A stretch of DNA of 64,000 nt, from NCBI GenBank assembly GCA_016196125.1, contig JACPYG010000006.1, positions 54,511 through 118,510 of the forward strand. Direction: 5' to 3'. This DNA comes from Candidatus Staskawiczbacteria bacterium. Lineage in GTDB: Bacteria > Patescibacteriota > Minisyncoccia > Minisyncoccales > Staskawiczbacteraceae. A program made the translations under genes and the position numbers. Below, piece after piece: positions 20,906 through 30,623 of this stretch. Within the stretch, counting starts at the first letter, position 1. Each line of letters opens with the position of its first letter. The notes beneath the pieces were generated by a model, which ran no database searches, was not told where the DNA came from, and saw nothing but the letters and a program-made list of their open reading frames with translations.

Positions 20906-22408
20906 TTATAATTTAATCATAAATAATATCTCTTTTCGCTCCTCAAAAGACAAAAAAAGGTAAAAACCAAACGCAATAACCACTGCATACACAGCACCCA
21001 TTTGAACTATTGTTAAAAAAACATTTGATGGTTGAAAAACTTTAAGAGACAAACCAGATAAAATAATGGTAAAAAAATACAAACCAATATTTTTTTTAAT
21101 CGCTAAATTAAAAAAATCTTTGAAACTAACTTTCATTATTTTTAGTATCTGATACAAAGACAAAGGAAAATCAATCAAAATCATTGGAATAGTAGTTCCC
21201 AAAACAACTCCCAAAATGCCCAACGGCTTAACCAAGGCTAAGCTTAGTCCAACATTTAATAATGCGTTCAGAAAAGAAATTTTAAAAAACACCTTAACAT
21301 GACCTTTGGCTGTTGCCAAGCCGGAACCAACTTGTATCGTGCCGTTAAACAACCAGAAAGCTATTAAAAATTGAGCCGGCAAAATACTCTCGGCAAAACC
21401 CGGCCCCATCCAATTGGTAATAAAAAGTTCGGCAAAAATAATAGTAATAATAACTGCCGGAGCAAAAATCATTGTCATATACTTTGTTCCTTTAAATAAC
21501 AGTTCTTTTTGCTTACCTTGCTCATTTTTCCCTTCCAAAGAGGCGCTTGCGGAAAAAAGAGGGCCTCCAATTAAACTATTAACTGCCCTGAATCCATTTT
21601 GCAAACTATAACCTACGCCATATAGAGTAACTGCCGAAACGGAAGCAAAGGTTCCAATTACAAAACTATCAAAGTTAAATATAAGCAAAGACAATAAACT
21701 AGAAAGGAATACGAAGAAACTAAAACTAAAAATTTTCTTTGAAGTTTCTTTATCAAAATGGGGAGAAAAAATATGTATTTTTAAAATACGATGTCTCAAT
21801 ATAATATAAGAAATTATGTAGCGCGCTATAATTAAAAAATAAGATAGGGCTAAAAACCAAACCATCCCAAAATTATTTAAGAAAATAAAATAAGCAGATA
21901 TGGCAGTAAGAATTGTTATCGCTATATTATTTATTGCCAGCCAATCAAATCTTTGCAATCCATAAAGAACACCATCAAAAGTTCTGCCTGGCCAAATAAA
22001 TAACGATGCTATTGCGGCTACCCAAAAAAGTTGACGCATAATTGCTACATTAGCAGTCCCTATATTGAATATGCGGTCAAAATAAAAAGACAAAATTAGA
22101 AGAGTAACGGCAGAAATAAGTCCAACAATGATATAAAAAAATAAAGAAGAGTTTATTATTTTACTTGTTCCTTCTTTGTCGCCCCTGCCCATAAATTCGG
22201 CTATATATTTTACAACAGCAGTGCCTATGCCAAAATCAAGAACTCCAAAATATCCTATAAATGTCATTACCAATAAGTAGGCGCCATAAACTTCTTTTCC
22301 AACATGAGAAACAATGAAAGGGAATAAAACAAGCCCTACGGCAAAACTAATTCCGTAATTAATGATATTATATTTTATATTACTGCTAATGGTTCTTTTT
22401 CTAGACAT
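20906..22408 (-). CDS. polysaccharide biosynthesis protein / Wzx-type flippase (MOP superfamily)
   Basis: 500 aa, about 12-14 predicted hydrophobic helices; typical Wzx layout. Confidence 0.8.
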   Translation of the reverse strand: MSRKRTISSNIKYNIINYGISFAVGLVLFPFIVSHVGKEVYGAYLLVMTFIGYFGVLDFGIGTAVVKYIAEFMGRGDKEGTSKIINSSLFFYIIVGLISAVTLLILSFYFDRIFNIGTANVAIMRQLFWVAAIASLFIWPGRTFDGVLYGLQRFDWLAINNIAITILTAISAYFIFLNNFGMVWFLALSYFLIIARYIISYIILRHRILKIHIFSPHFDKETSKKIFSFSFFVFLSSLLSLLIFNFDSFVIGTFASVSAVTLYGVGYSLQNGFRAVNSLIGGPLFSASASLEGKNEQGKQKELLFKGTKYMTMIFAPAVIITIIFAELFITNWMGPGFAESILPAQFLIAFWLFNGTIQVGSGLATAKGHVKVFFKISFLNALLNVGLSLALVKPLGILGVVLGTTIPMILIDFPLSLYQILKIMKVSFKDFFNLAIKKNIGLYFFTIILSGLSLKVFQPSNVFLTIVQMGAVYAVVIAFGFYLFLSFEERKEILFMIKL

Positions 22409-22418
22409 ATTTAATTTT

Positions 22419-23558
22419 TTAATCTTTATCCCAAATATTATCTTTTACCCATTCGCCTTTTTCATCCTTCCACCATACTCTTGGGTCGCGAAAAGTGTCG
22501 CAAACTCTGTCAAATTCATCTTCTGTCATATCTACATACTCAAGCCAGCGTTTCAAGTCGCTCGGTTTCACATGGTCATACTTTTTAACCATTTCAATTC
22601 CCTGTTCTCTTGTTATATATCCCCTTCTAATATCCTTAGAAGCGTGGTCAGATGCGCGCCCATAACCGAATTTAATATATTTCAAATAATCGTGCACACC
22701 ATTTTCATGCATATCGTCCAAGTTTGAGAATTTTCGGTAAGTTCTGTCAAAATTACCTTCAAACTTTTTCCACCCGTAAGTATCCATCATTAATTTTACA
22801 TGAGCATTGGCGTCCCATGGAATGAAGTTGCCGAGATAAATACCCCGCACTCCCACGTCTTCAAGTTCTTTATCGGTAGGATATTTCGCCCACAACACGT
22901 CTTGTTCTTTAATGCCTAATTTTTCGTCAATCATATCATCAAAATCATATCCTCGGCATGCATGCTCGTCACGAAATTTACGCGTCATTTCTATAAAATC
23001 ATTCATAGAATACATTCCACCCAAATCAACATAACCGTGCTCACCCCAAATAATCAAAGGTATGTTCATTTTTACCGCAACTTGTACCGGATAGGTAAAT
23101 ATTCCGCAATGATTGTGCCAATTCATATCACCCATTAAATAAAAACATTTTTTGTTTATTTTTTTAAGAAGTGTTTCACTAGGCCTGAAAATAATATGGT
23201 CTGCGTTAAATGCATGACGCATATTCTCAAGATTTTCTTCTCCAATTGGTAAAAAATTATTACCATGATAGGTAACTAATAAAGGCCTTAATCCCAACTC
23301 TTTGATTACGTAGTGAGTTTGGAAATAACTGTCTTTTCCTCCACTAACTGGAATAATACAATCATAGTTACTGTTGGTTTTATATTTTGCAACTATTTTT
23401 TTTAACATTTCCTTTCGCAAACCCCAGTCAATATTATCTGTTTGATTGAACACCCGGCACCCGCTGCAAACACCGTTTTCATCAAATATTAAAGGCACCG
23501 CCGAAGAAGACGGATAAACGCATTTTGTGCAATAAGTTGCTTTTGGAGGTCTTGTCAT
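22419..23558 (-). CDS. N-acetyl sugar amidotransferase (WbuX/PseA family, PP-loop ATPase)
   Basis: PVSGGKDS PP-loop motif plus an N-terminal Cys-rich segment; followed by HisF- and HisH-like genes. Confidence 0.85.
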   Translation of the reverse strand: MTRPPKATYCTKCVYPSSSAVPLIFDENGVCSGCRVFNQTDNIDWGLRKEMLKKIVAKYKTNSNYDCIIPVSGGKDSYFQTHYVIKELGLRPLLVTYHGNNFLPIGEENLENMRHAFNADHIIFRPSETLLKKINKKCFYLMGDMNWHNHCGIFTYPVQVAVKMNIPLIIWGEHGYVDLGGMYSMNDFIEMTRKFRDEHACRGYDFDDMIDEKLGIKEQDVLWAKYPTDKELEDVGVRGIYLGNFIPWDANAHVKLMMDTYGWKKFEGNFDRTYRKFSNLDDMHENGVHDYLKYIKFGYGRASDHASKDIRRGYITREQGIEMVKKYDHVKPSDLKRWLEYVDMTEDEFDRVCDTFRDPRVWWKDEKGEWVKDNIWDKD

Positions 23559-24373
23559 ATATTTTTTATACTAAGATTTATAATCGGACGAATATCTATA
23601 CCAGCATTTTTTAGGGTTTTTTTAGCTTCAATGACACTATTTTCGGTAAAATTAAAAATATTTCCTGCCGATACGGCGCTGGCTCCGCCCTCCTTAATTC
23701 CATCTACAAAATGTGAAAATTCTCCTACTCCTCCGCAAGCAATCACTGGTATTGATACCGCTTTGACAACCATTTTAATCAGCTTAATATCATAACCGTT
23801 TGCGCTGCCATCTCTATCTATTGAATTTAAAAAAATTTCACCCGCGCCCCTCTTCTCTACTTCTTCGGCAAAGAACACGGGATCTAAACCAGTGGGCTTT
23901 TTACCATGACTAACGTAAACTTCATATTCTTTCTTTTCATTTATTTTTACATCAATGCCAACCACAATGCATTGCCTGCCGAATGCCTTTGAAGCCTTTG
24001 TTATAAAATCAGGATTTTCGAACACCGCTGTATTTATTATCACTTTATCGGCGCCTCTTTTTAACCGTTCTCTTATATCTGCAATATTTTTTATATTGCC
24101 TCCAAAAGTAAGCGGAATAAAGCACGTTTTTGAAACTGTTTCAATAATCTGGTAAATACTATCCATGCTTTTTATTTTATGGTCATCCCTTTGTAAATCA
24201 TGGTGCTGGTCATCGCTAATATCAATGTAAATTAATTCATCGGCAGACCAAGAGTTAATTCTTTCAACTTGGGTAATCGGGTTGCCCAATACTTGGTGAT
24301 AAGAAAACTTTTCAGACCTTACCAATCTGCCATTTTTTAAAAATAAACACGGAATTAGCCTTTTTTTAAGCAT
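23555..24373 (-). CDS. imidazole glycerol phosphate synthase cyclase subunit HisF-like (WbuZ-like)
   Basis: LIPCLFLKNGRLV ... (beta/alpha)8 HisF-like; paired with the HisH-like gene. Confidence 0.85.
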   Translation of the reverse strand: MLKKRLIPCLFLKNGRLVRSEKFSYHQVLGNPITQVERINSWSADELIYIDISDDQHHDLQRDDHKIKSMDSIYQIIETVSKTCFIPLTFGGNIKNIADIRERLKRGADKVIINTAVFENPDFITKASKAFGRQCIVVGIDVKINEKKEYEVYVSHGKKPTGLDPVFFAEEVEKRGAGEIFLNSIDRDGSANGYDIKLIKMVVKAVSIPVIACGGVGEFSHFVDGIKEGGASAVSAGNIFNFTENSVIEAKKTLKNAGIDIRPIINLSIKNI

Positions 24374-24375
24374 GA

Positions 24376-24990
24376 TTAACTGATATTAGAAAATTTCCTT
24401 AATATTTCCAAACCCTCTGTTTGACTTTTTTCAGGATGAAATTGAACTGCAAATATATTCTCTTTTTGTAATATGGCAGCAAACTTAACCCCGTAATTAC
24501 ACCAACCAACCACTAAGTTTTTATCTTCAACATCCGGATAATAACTGTGAACGAAGTAAAATGTTTGCTCGGTATTGCCTCCGCTTAAAATAGGCGAAGC
24601 AAGATTGCAAACAACTTCATTCCAACCAACATGAGGAACTAATAATTTTGATTGCCCCAAATTAAATCTTACAACTTCTGCGCCAATCCAGCCTAATCCT
24701 TGAAATTCCCCTTCTTCGTAGCTTTTTTTGCATATAAGCTGCATTCCTAAGCAAATCCCTAAAAACGGTTTTTTATTTTCTATCACTTCTTTATTCAAAA
24801 CTTCTATTAAATCCAACTTTTTTAAATTTTCCATTCCATAGCCGAATGCTCCAACTCCAGGCAAAATTATTTTATCCGCTTTTTGGATTTTTTGAATATC
24901 ATTTGTTATTTCCGACTGTATTTGCAAAACATCCAATGCATTTTTCACTGAACTTAGGTTTCCAAGGCCGTAATTTATAATTGCAATCAT
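24376..24990 (-). CDS. glutamine amidotransferase HisH-like (WbuY-like)
   Basis: MIAIINYGLGNLSSV...GICLGMQL...FHPE class I GATase triad motifs. Confidence 0.85.
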   Translation of the reverse strand: MIAIINYGLGNLSSVKNALDVLQIQSEITNDIQKIQKADKIILPGVGAFGYGMENLKKLDLIEVLNKEVIENKKPFLGICLGMQLICKKSYEEGEFQGLGWIGAEVVRFNLGQSKLLVPHVGWNEVVCNLASPILSGGNTEQTFYFVHSYYPDVEDKNLVVGWCNYGVKFAAILQKENIFAVQFHPEKSQTEGLEILRKFSNIS

Positions 24991-24994
24991 TGTA

Positions 24995-25753
24995 TTATGT
25001 ATTTTTCTGTTTTATATTTTCGTTTACTTTAATGATTTCTGGATTTTTCTCAAAAAATAATATCACATCTTTCATTGTAAAATTAGGATTTTTAGGATAC
25101 ACATTATTATAAAGAATTTTTAAAAGTTCATAATCTTCTTTTTCGTCGAGCGTCCATCTATAAAAAGAATAATCCTTATTATTTTTGATGTTTTTTGTTT
25201 TAAACAACGGTGAATTTTTTCTGATATACAGTGTCACATGCTCTTTGTCATCCTGGTTTTTAGCTAATTCAAATACTTTTTTTAAAGTATCAAAAGAAAA
25301 CACCTCAACATCCAACCCCCTAGGATATGTTCTTTCATCAAGAATATTGGAAACATAGTCAGAGTCAGAAGTTAAAAAACTATCTATTACTTTATCAATT
25401 ACTTTTGGGTCAATTAATGGGCAATCTGAAGTAATTCTAACTATAATATTGGCATTAAAATAATTTGCGGCTTTAAAATATCTGTCTAATACGTTTTGTT
25501 CAGAACCGCGGAAGACAGTAACTTTTTGGTTATTATAATCTTGAATTAGCTTCGCAATAACATCATCTTCTCTTTTGTTTGTTGTGGCGACAATAATTTC
25601 ATTAATTATTTTTGATTTTAAAACTCTTTCTACTACCCTTATTAAAACCGGCTGACCCAGAAGATCAAGCAATACTTTGCCTGGTAAACGGGTAGAACTA
25701 GTTCTCGCCTGAATAATTGCTATAATTTTTCCGTGTGATTTATGGCTTTTCAT
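24995..25753 (-). CDS. acylneuraminate/pseudaminate cytidylyltransferase family (CMP-nonulosonate synthetase, PseF/NeuA-like)
   Basis: IIAIIQARTSSTRLPGKVL cytidylyltransferase N-terminus. Confidence 0.75.
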   Translation of the reverse strand: MKSHKSHGKIIAIIQARTSSTRLPGKVLLDLLGQPVLIRVVERVLKSKIINEIIVATTNKREDDVIAKLIQDYNNQKVTVFRGSEQNVLDRYFKAANYFNANIIVRITSDCPLIDPKVIDKVIDSFLTSDSDYVSNILDERTYPRGLDVEVFSFDTLKKVFELAKNQDDKEHVTLYIRKNSPLFKTKNIKNNKDYSFYRWTLDEKEDYELLKILYNNVYPKNPNFTMKDVILFFEKNPEIIKVNENIKQKNT

Positions 25754-26577
25754 GATTTTATATTTTTCTTCCTTAAAGCAGACAAGTATACGTTTTCGAG
25801 TAAAAATGCCACAGTTAAAGGACCTATTCCTCCTGGAACCGGCGTCAAAAAAGAAGCTTTTTTACTTACGCTTTCCTTATCAACATCTCCTTTTACTATG
25901 CCATCTGCATCGCGAAAAATACCAGCATCAATTAATACGACTCCTTTTTTTATATTATTTTCATTAATTAATTTTAAACAACCACAAACAGTAATTATGG
26001 CATCTGCCAATTGGATTTTTGCATTGATATTTTCTTTTGACTCTTTATTATTAATTAAATATATAAGATTAATGCCTTCTTTCTTTAAAAACTCTTTTAA
26101 AACTTGCCCAAAAATTTCTGAATTTACCAATGCCATAATTTTTTTATTTTTAAAATCATCGGCAAATGCCTGGCTTAGGGTAAATAAAATCGCCTTGGGC
26201 AATACTGGAATAAAAATTGGCGTATGAAATCCATCAACATCTTTTTTAGCATCTATTTTACCGATAATTTCATTTTCATTAAATTTTTTGGGAAGAGGCA
26301 ACTGAACAATAATTCCATCGACTCTGCTATCATTGTTTATTGCTTCAATTTTATTTATTACTTCGTCTTGGATAGAATCTTGACTAAATATGAAATCTTG
26401 TACTTCAATGCCAATTCTTTTGCCAGCTTCCTTTTTTAAATTGACATAAATCCTGCTCGCCTCATCATTGCCAACTAAAATAATAGCCAAAACAGGTTTT
26501 ACTTTTTCTAATATAATCTTGTTTTTTAAATTTTCAAGTATTGCCTGACTTACTGATTTACCGTCAAAAATATGCAT
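25750..26577 (-). CDS. folD: bifunctional 5,10-methylene-tetrahydrofolate dehydrogenase / 5,10-methenyl-tetrahydrofolate cyclohydrolase
   Basis: AIILVGNDEASRIYV...GIIVQLPLP...DVDGFH are FolD signatures. Confidence 0.85.
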   Translation of the reverse strand: MHIFDGKSVSQAILENLKNKIILEKVKPVLAIILVGNDEASRIYVNLKKEAGKRIGIEVQDFIFSQDSIQDEVINKIEAINNDSRVDGIIVQLPLPKKFNENEIIGKIDAKKDVDGFHTPIFIPVLPKAILFTLSQAFADDFKNKKIMALVNSEIFGQVLKEFLKKEGINLIYLINNKESKENINAKIQLADAIITVCGCLKLINENNIKKGVVLIDAGIFRDADGIVKGDVDKESVSKKASFLTPVPGGIGPLTVAFLLENVYLSALRKKNIKS

Positions 26578-26579
26578 AA

Positions 26580-27092
26580 TTATATTTTTTTTATTTTCTC
26601 AAATACATCCACAAGTGTTTGAACATATAATGGATAAAGCTCGTTGTAAACACCTATCTCATTCTGGCTTACAATTTCTTTAAAATTTTCTACAATGACC
26701 TCTCCTTCGTCAATGTCTTCTGCCATCCAATGTGCGGCAACCGAAGCTTTTTTGTTACCTTCATCTAATAGTTTTTTAATAGGATCAGCCCCCTTATATT
26801 TGTATAAACAAGGATGAAAATTAATGCACTTAAATTCTTTTAATATCCTGGACTTTATAATTTGTCTTCCATGGCAGCATAAAAATAAATCAGCTTCTAA
26901 GGTTTCTAAATAATTAACAAAATCATCTAAATTAATATTTTTTGGTTTTCTAACATTGAGGCCCATTTTTAAAGCCACTTGCTCCACAATATCGTCTACT
27001 GGCACCACGCACACCACATTATGACCCAAAGCCATAGTGGCTAATAAATTTATTAATCCGGCTTGCCTGCCGCCATAAAAAATAACTTTCAT
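26580..27092 (-). CDS. formyltransferase N-terminal-domain protein (putative sugar N-formyltransferase)
   Basis: 170 aa with a Formyl_trans_N-like fold (HPCLYKYKGADPI region); directly downstream of folD. Confidence 0.65.
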   Translation of the reverse strand: MKVIFYGGRQAGLINLLATMALGHNVVCVVPVDDIVEQVALKMGLNVRKPKNINLDDFVNYLETLEADLFLCCHGRQIIKSRILKEFKCINFHPCLYKYKGADPIKKLLDEGNKKASVAAHWMAEDIDEGEVIVENFKEIVSQNEIGVYNELYPLYVQTLVDVFEKIKKI

Positions 27093-27094
27093 AT

Positions 27095-27784
27095 TTATAT
27101 TTTCAAAAATTTATTAAAATATTCTAAACCTTCTTTAATGCTTGCTGTATCATTTTTATATTTTTTAATCTTTTCCAGTTCTAACAAAAACATTTGCCAG
27201 GCCGTTTTGCTTCGTCCGCTGGCAAGTCTTTTCCAGGGTAAATTTACAGAACACATTAAAATAACTCCATTCCACAATTGTTGTTTAGAACTTTTTACAA
27301 AGCTCAAATAAGCTCTTAAAACATGATAAGCAGAAGTAACAATAATCATTCTTTTGTAACTATTTTTTTTTGCTAATGTTACCATATGAACTGCTTGGTC
27401 TTTAGTATTAAAAGATTTATCTTCAATAATAATTGAATTTTCTAAAATACCTTTATTTATCAATTCTTTTTTCAATTCTAATAAATGCAGGTCATTTTCA
27501 TCGTTACGAGTGCCGCGACCAATTAAATCATTGTTGCCTATAATTACAATTTGAGGAGCAATGTTTTTTTTATATATATTTGCTGTTTCTTTGACACGAT
27601 CCAATCTATCGCCTTGCAATAAAACAATAATATCTGATGGCTTTAATAATTGATGAGTGATTTTATAAAAAAGCACTGTGCCATTAAAACCAAAATGGTA
27701 ATATAAGGCTATCTTTAAGAAAAAATTCAGCAAAACTTCGCTTATTGAATTATATAAATGTTTTAGCGAGAGATTAAATTCCAT
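27095..27784 (-). CDS. DUF218/YdcF-like domain protein
   Basis: VIIGNNDLIGRG...VTSAYHVLRA resembles the DUF218 family. Confidence 0.55.
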   Translation of the reverse strand: MEFNLSLKHLYNSISEVLLNFFLKIALYYHFGFNGTVLFYKITHQLLKPSDIIVLLQGDRLDRVKETANIYKKNIAPQIVIIGNNDLIGRGTRNDENDLHLLELKKELINKGILENSIIIEDKSFNTKDQAVHMVTLAKKNSYKRMIIVTSAYHVLRAYLSFVKSSKQQLWNGVILMCSVNLPWKRLASGRSKTAWQMFLLELEKIKKYKNDTASIKEGLEYFNKFLKI

Positions 27785-28818
27785 GAAAGCGGTGTTCCTC
27801 GTTTAATATTGGTTTTGGCTTTTTTGCCTAGCACTTTTGGCATCTCTTTGGGAGCCAAACCAAACCCGGGCCTTATGCATTTGACATTTTTTAAGGTAAA
27901 GTTTTCGCCGGCCTTTATATCTTCAATTACAAATAATGACCTCTTAAAAACCAAATTGACTGACTCTTTTTTTCCGGAGCCATATTGCACTTTACCAATA
28001 GCTTTTTCGGCATCTCTGACTGATTTTACCAATTGTTCCAATTCCTGTGGCTCCAAAGAAAAAGCGGCGTCTGGCCCACCGTCACTCCTTTTTATGGTTA
28101 AGTGCTTCTCAATGATTTTAGCCCCCAATGCTACAGAAGTTACGGCCGCAACAATTCCCAGGCTATGGTCGGAAAGACCGACTACCACTTTAAAATTTTT
28201 TACTAAATCCGGAATAGTTGCCAAATTCATTTCTTCCAAGTTTGCCGGATAAGATGAAACACAATGTAAAACTGCCAGTTGCTTTGATCCATATTTTCTT
28301 AAAGTGGTTAGAGCCAAATTTATCTCTTCTTTGGTTGCCATTCCGCGAGAAATAATAACCGGTTTTTTTGTTTTGCCAATTTTTTTTAAAAGCTCGATGT
28401 CGCCAATTTCAAACGAGGCAACTTTATAAACTAAAACCCCCATATTTTCTAAAAAATCAACAGCCGTTTCGTCAAAGGGGGCAGAAAAAAGAATGAGTCC
28501 CTTTTTCTCGGCATATTTTTTTAACTTTGCCTGCCACTCCCATGGCGTATAGGCTGTTTTATATAATTGATAGAGCGTCTGCCCCTTCCATGCATCATTT
28601 ACATTAACTTGAAAGTACTTTCCATCAGAATCAATGGTCATGGTGTCTGGTGTGTAAGTTTGTAACTTAACTGCATCAACTCCCGCATTAGCGGCTTCAT
28701 CTATAAGTTTATAAGCACGATTAATATCCTGATTATGATTCCCCGATAATTCGGCAACAATAAAAATTGGCTGGCCGTCACCTATTAGTTTTTTCCCAAT
28801 TTTAATTTTATTTGACAT
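27763..28818 (-). CDS. pseI: N-acetylneuraminate/pseudaminate synthase family (NeuB/PseI-like, with SAF domain)
   Basis: GDGQPIFIVAELSGNHNQD...AGVDAVKLQTY is the NeuB-family signature; 351 aa. Confidence 0.85.
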   Translation of the reverse strand: MSNKIKIGKKLIGDGQPIFIVAELSGNHNQDINRAYKLIDEAANAGVDAVKLQTYTPDTMTIDSDGKYFQVNVNDAWKGQTLYQLYKTAYTPWEWQAKLKKYAEKKGLILFSAPFDETAVDFLENMGVLVYKVASFEIGDIELLKKIGKTKKPVIISRGMATKEEINLALTTLRKYGSKQLAVLHCVSSYPANLEEMNLATIPDLVKNFKVVVGLSDHSLGIVAAVTSVALGAKIIEKHLTIKRSDGGPDAAFSLEPQELEQLVKSVRDAEKAIGKVQYGSGKKESVNLVFKRSLFVIEDIKAGENFTLKNVKCIRPGFGLAPKEMPKVLGKKAKTNIKRGTPLSWNLISR

Positions 28819-28819
28819 A

Positions 28820-29476
28820 TTATTTTTTCTTTCCGCTGTTTTTCTTTAAAAGAAACATTGTATCTATATTGTCGCTTTTGAGATGTTTATACCTGCTCTC
28901 TTTTTGCAGTGCCAAATCTTTGAAATAATTTAAGTATAATTTTACGAAGTTAGTTTTCCAAAGCATATTTTTACGGCCTCGATATTCTATATCAGTATAT
29001 TTATCGGCATAATATTCAAAACCCCAAACATATTTCTTTGAACATCTGTAAATTTCTTTCATTGCTTTTTGTATATGAAGAGGAGATATATGAATGAGCA
29101 CTCCAGAAGTAAAAACCAAATCGAAATAGTTATCTTTAAAGGGAATATCAAAAGCTGATCCATAAATAATATTAATATTTTTTGTTCTTGATTTAGCAAG
29201 CTCTGCCACATCTTTGTTTATTTCTATTCCATAAAGATGCCGAAATCCCATTTTTTGAAGTAAAACTAATTGTATTCCAATATTTGAACCCACTTCTAAA
29301 ATCTTCATTGAACGGTTTAATTTACCAATAAATTCTTCATCCATTTTCATTCTCGTAATTCCGTAATTTTTTTTGTATAACTCATTTTCCGACGCTATAT
29401 TTAACATGTTTCTTGCAACATATTCTTTGCCAAATTTTTCGCTCCATATTTTCTCTTGAAAAGTATTTTTACTCAT
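28820..29476 (-). CDS. class I SAM-dependent methyltransferase (pseudaminic-acid-biosynthesis-associated methylase type)
   Basis: ILEVGSNIGIQL motif I; positioned between the pseI-like and pseC-like genes. Confidence 0.6.
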   Translation of the reverse strand: MSKNTFQEKIWSEKFGKEYVARNMLNIASENELYKKNYGITRMKMDEEFIGKLNRSMKILEVGSNIGIQLVLLQKMGFRHLYGIEINKDVAELAKSRTKNINIIYGSAFDIPFKDNYFDLVFTSGVLIHISPLHIQKAMKEIYRCSKKYVWGFEYYADKYTDIEYRGRKNMLWKTNFVKLYLNYFKDLALQKESRYKHLKSDNIDTMFLLKKNSGKKK

Positions 29477-30623
29477 AGCTCTTGTTTAATAATTTTTTAG
29501 TTGTGTTTATAACTCTTTCTACTTCATTATTTGTCATTTTTGGAAAAAGCGGTAAGGTAACCGCTCTTTCATAGTATTTTTCGGCAACCGGAAAATCACC
29601 TAATTTATAACCAAACTCCTTTTGATAAAAAGGATGCATATGTAATGGCATATAGTGAACCTGTGCTCCAATTCCACTTTTTTGTAACTGTTCAAAAAAC
29701 TTTCTTCTGTCTTTATCAATTAATTGTACGGTATATACATGCCAAGCCGAAATTCCTTGAAAGTTTTCTTTGGGCAATATAAGGTTTTCTGTATTTTTAA
29801 AATTATTATTATATATTTTTACAATTTCTCTTCTTCTTTTAATAAATTTATCCAGCTTTTTAAGCTGGCTTAATCCCAAAGCGCACTGAATATCGGTAAT
29901 TCTAAAATTAAAAGAAGGATTTTCTATTTCATAATACCATGCTCCTTTTTCTGGTTTTTTTACTATTCCATGACTTCTTAAAACTTTTAGTTTATCATAA
30001 AAGTTTTTATTATTAGTCAATATCATGCCACCCTCACCCGTAGTAATATGTTTAACTGGATGAAAACTAAACACAGTCATGTCGGCAAAACTGCCAACTT
30101 TCTTGCCTTTGCCCTGTGCTGAACTTGTAAAAGCATATTCAGCCCCCAACGCATGACAGGCGTCTTCAATTAACAAAATTTTGTGTTTTTTGGCAATTTT
30201 TAAAATTTGTTCATAATCACAAGGATTTCCCGCAAAATCCACTGTAACTATGGCTTTTGTTTTTTTAGTAATTTTTTTTTCTATTTCTTTTGGATCAATA
30301 TTTAAACTATCTTCTTTAATATCTGAAAAAATCGGTTTTGCCCCGCAAAAAAATATCATATTGGCAGTTGCGGCAAATGTTAATGGGGTTGTAATTACTT
30401 CATCTCCAGGTTTTATACCGGTTGCAACATAAGCCAAATATAACGCCGCTGTTCCAGAAGAAACCGCAACAGCATATTTTGCTTTACAATATTTGGCAAC
30501 AGCTTTTTCAAATTCTTCAACTTTCGAACCCTGGGTTAGCCAATCCGATTTTAAAATTTTCACAACCTCTTTAATATCATTATCATCTACCCATTGATGG
30601 CCATAGGGAATATTTTTTTTCAT
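29469..30623 (-). CDS. pseC: UDP-4-amino-4,6-dideoxy-N-acetyl-beta-L-altrosamine transaminase (PseC)-like DegT aminotransferase
   Basis: IPYGHQWVDDNDIKEV N-terminus matches the PseC pYGrq motif; 384 aa. Confidence 0.8.
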   Translation of the reverse strand: MKKNIPYGHQWVDDNDIKEVVKILKSDWLTQGSKVEEFEKAVAKYCKAKYAVAVSSGTAALYLAYVATGIKPGDEVITTPLTFAATANMIFFCGAKPIFSDIKEDSLNIDPKEIEKKITKKTKAIVTVDFAGNPCDYEQILKIAKKHKILLIEDACHALGAEYAFTSSAQGKGKKVGSFADMTVFSFHPVKHITTGEGGMILTNNKNFYDKLKVLRSHGIVKKPEKGAWYYEIENPSFNFRITDIQCALGLSQLKKLDKFIKRRREIVKIYNNNFKNTENLILPKENFQGISAWHVYTVQLIDKDRRKFFEQLQKSGIGAQVHYMPLHMHPFYQKEFGYKLGDFPVAEKYYERAVTLPLFPKMTNNEVERVINTTKKLLNKSYE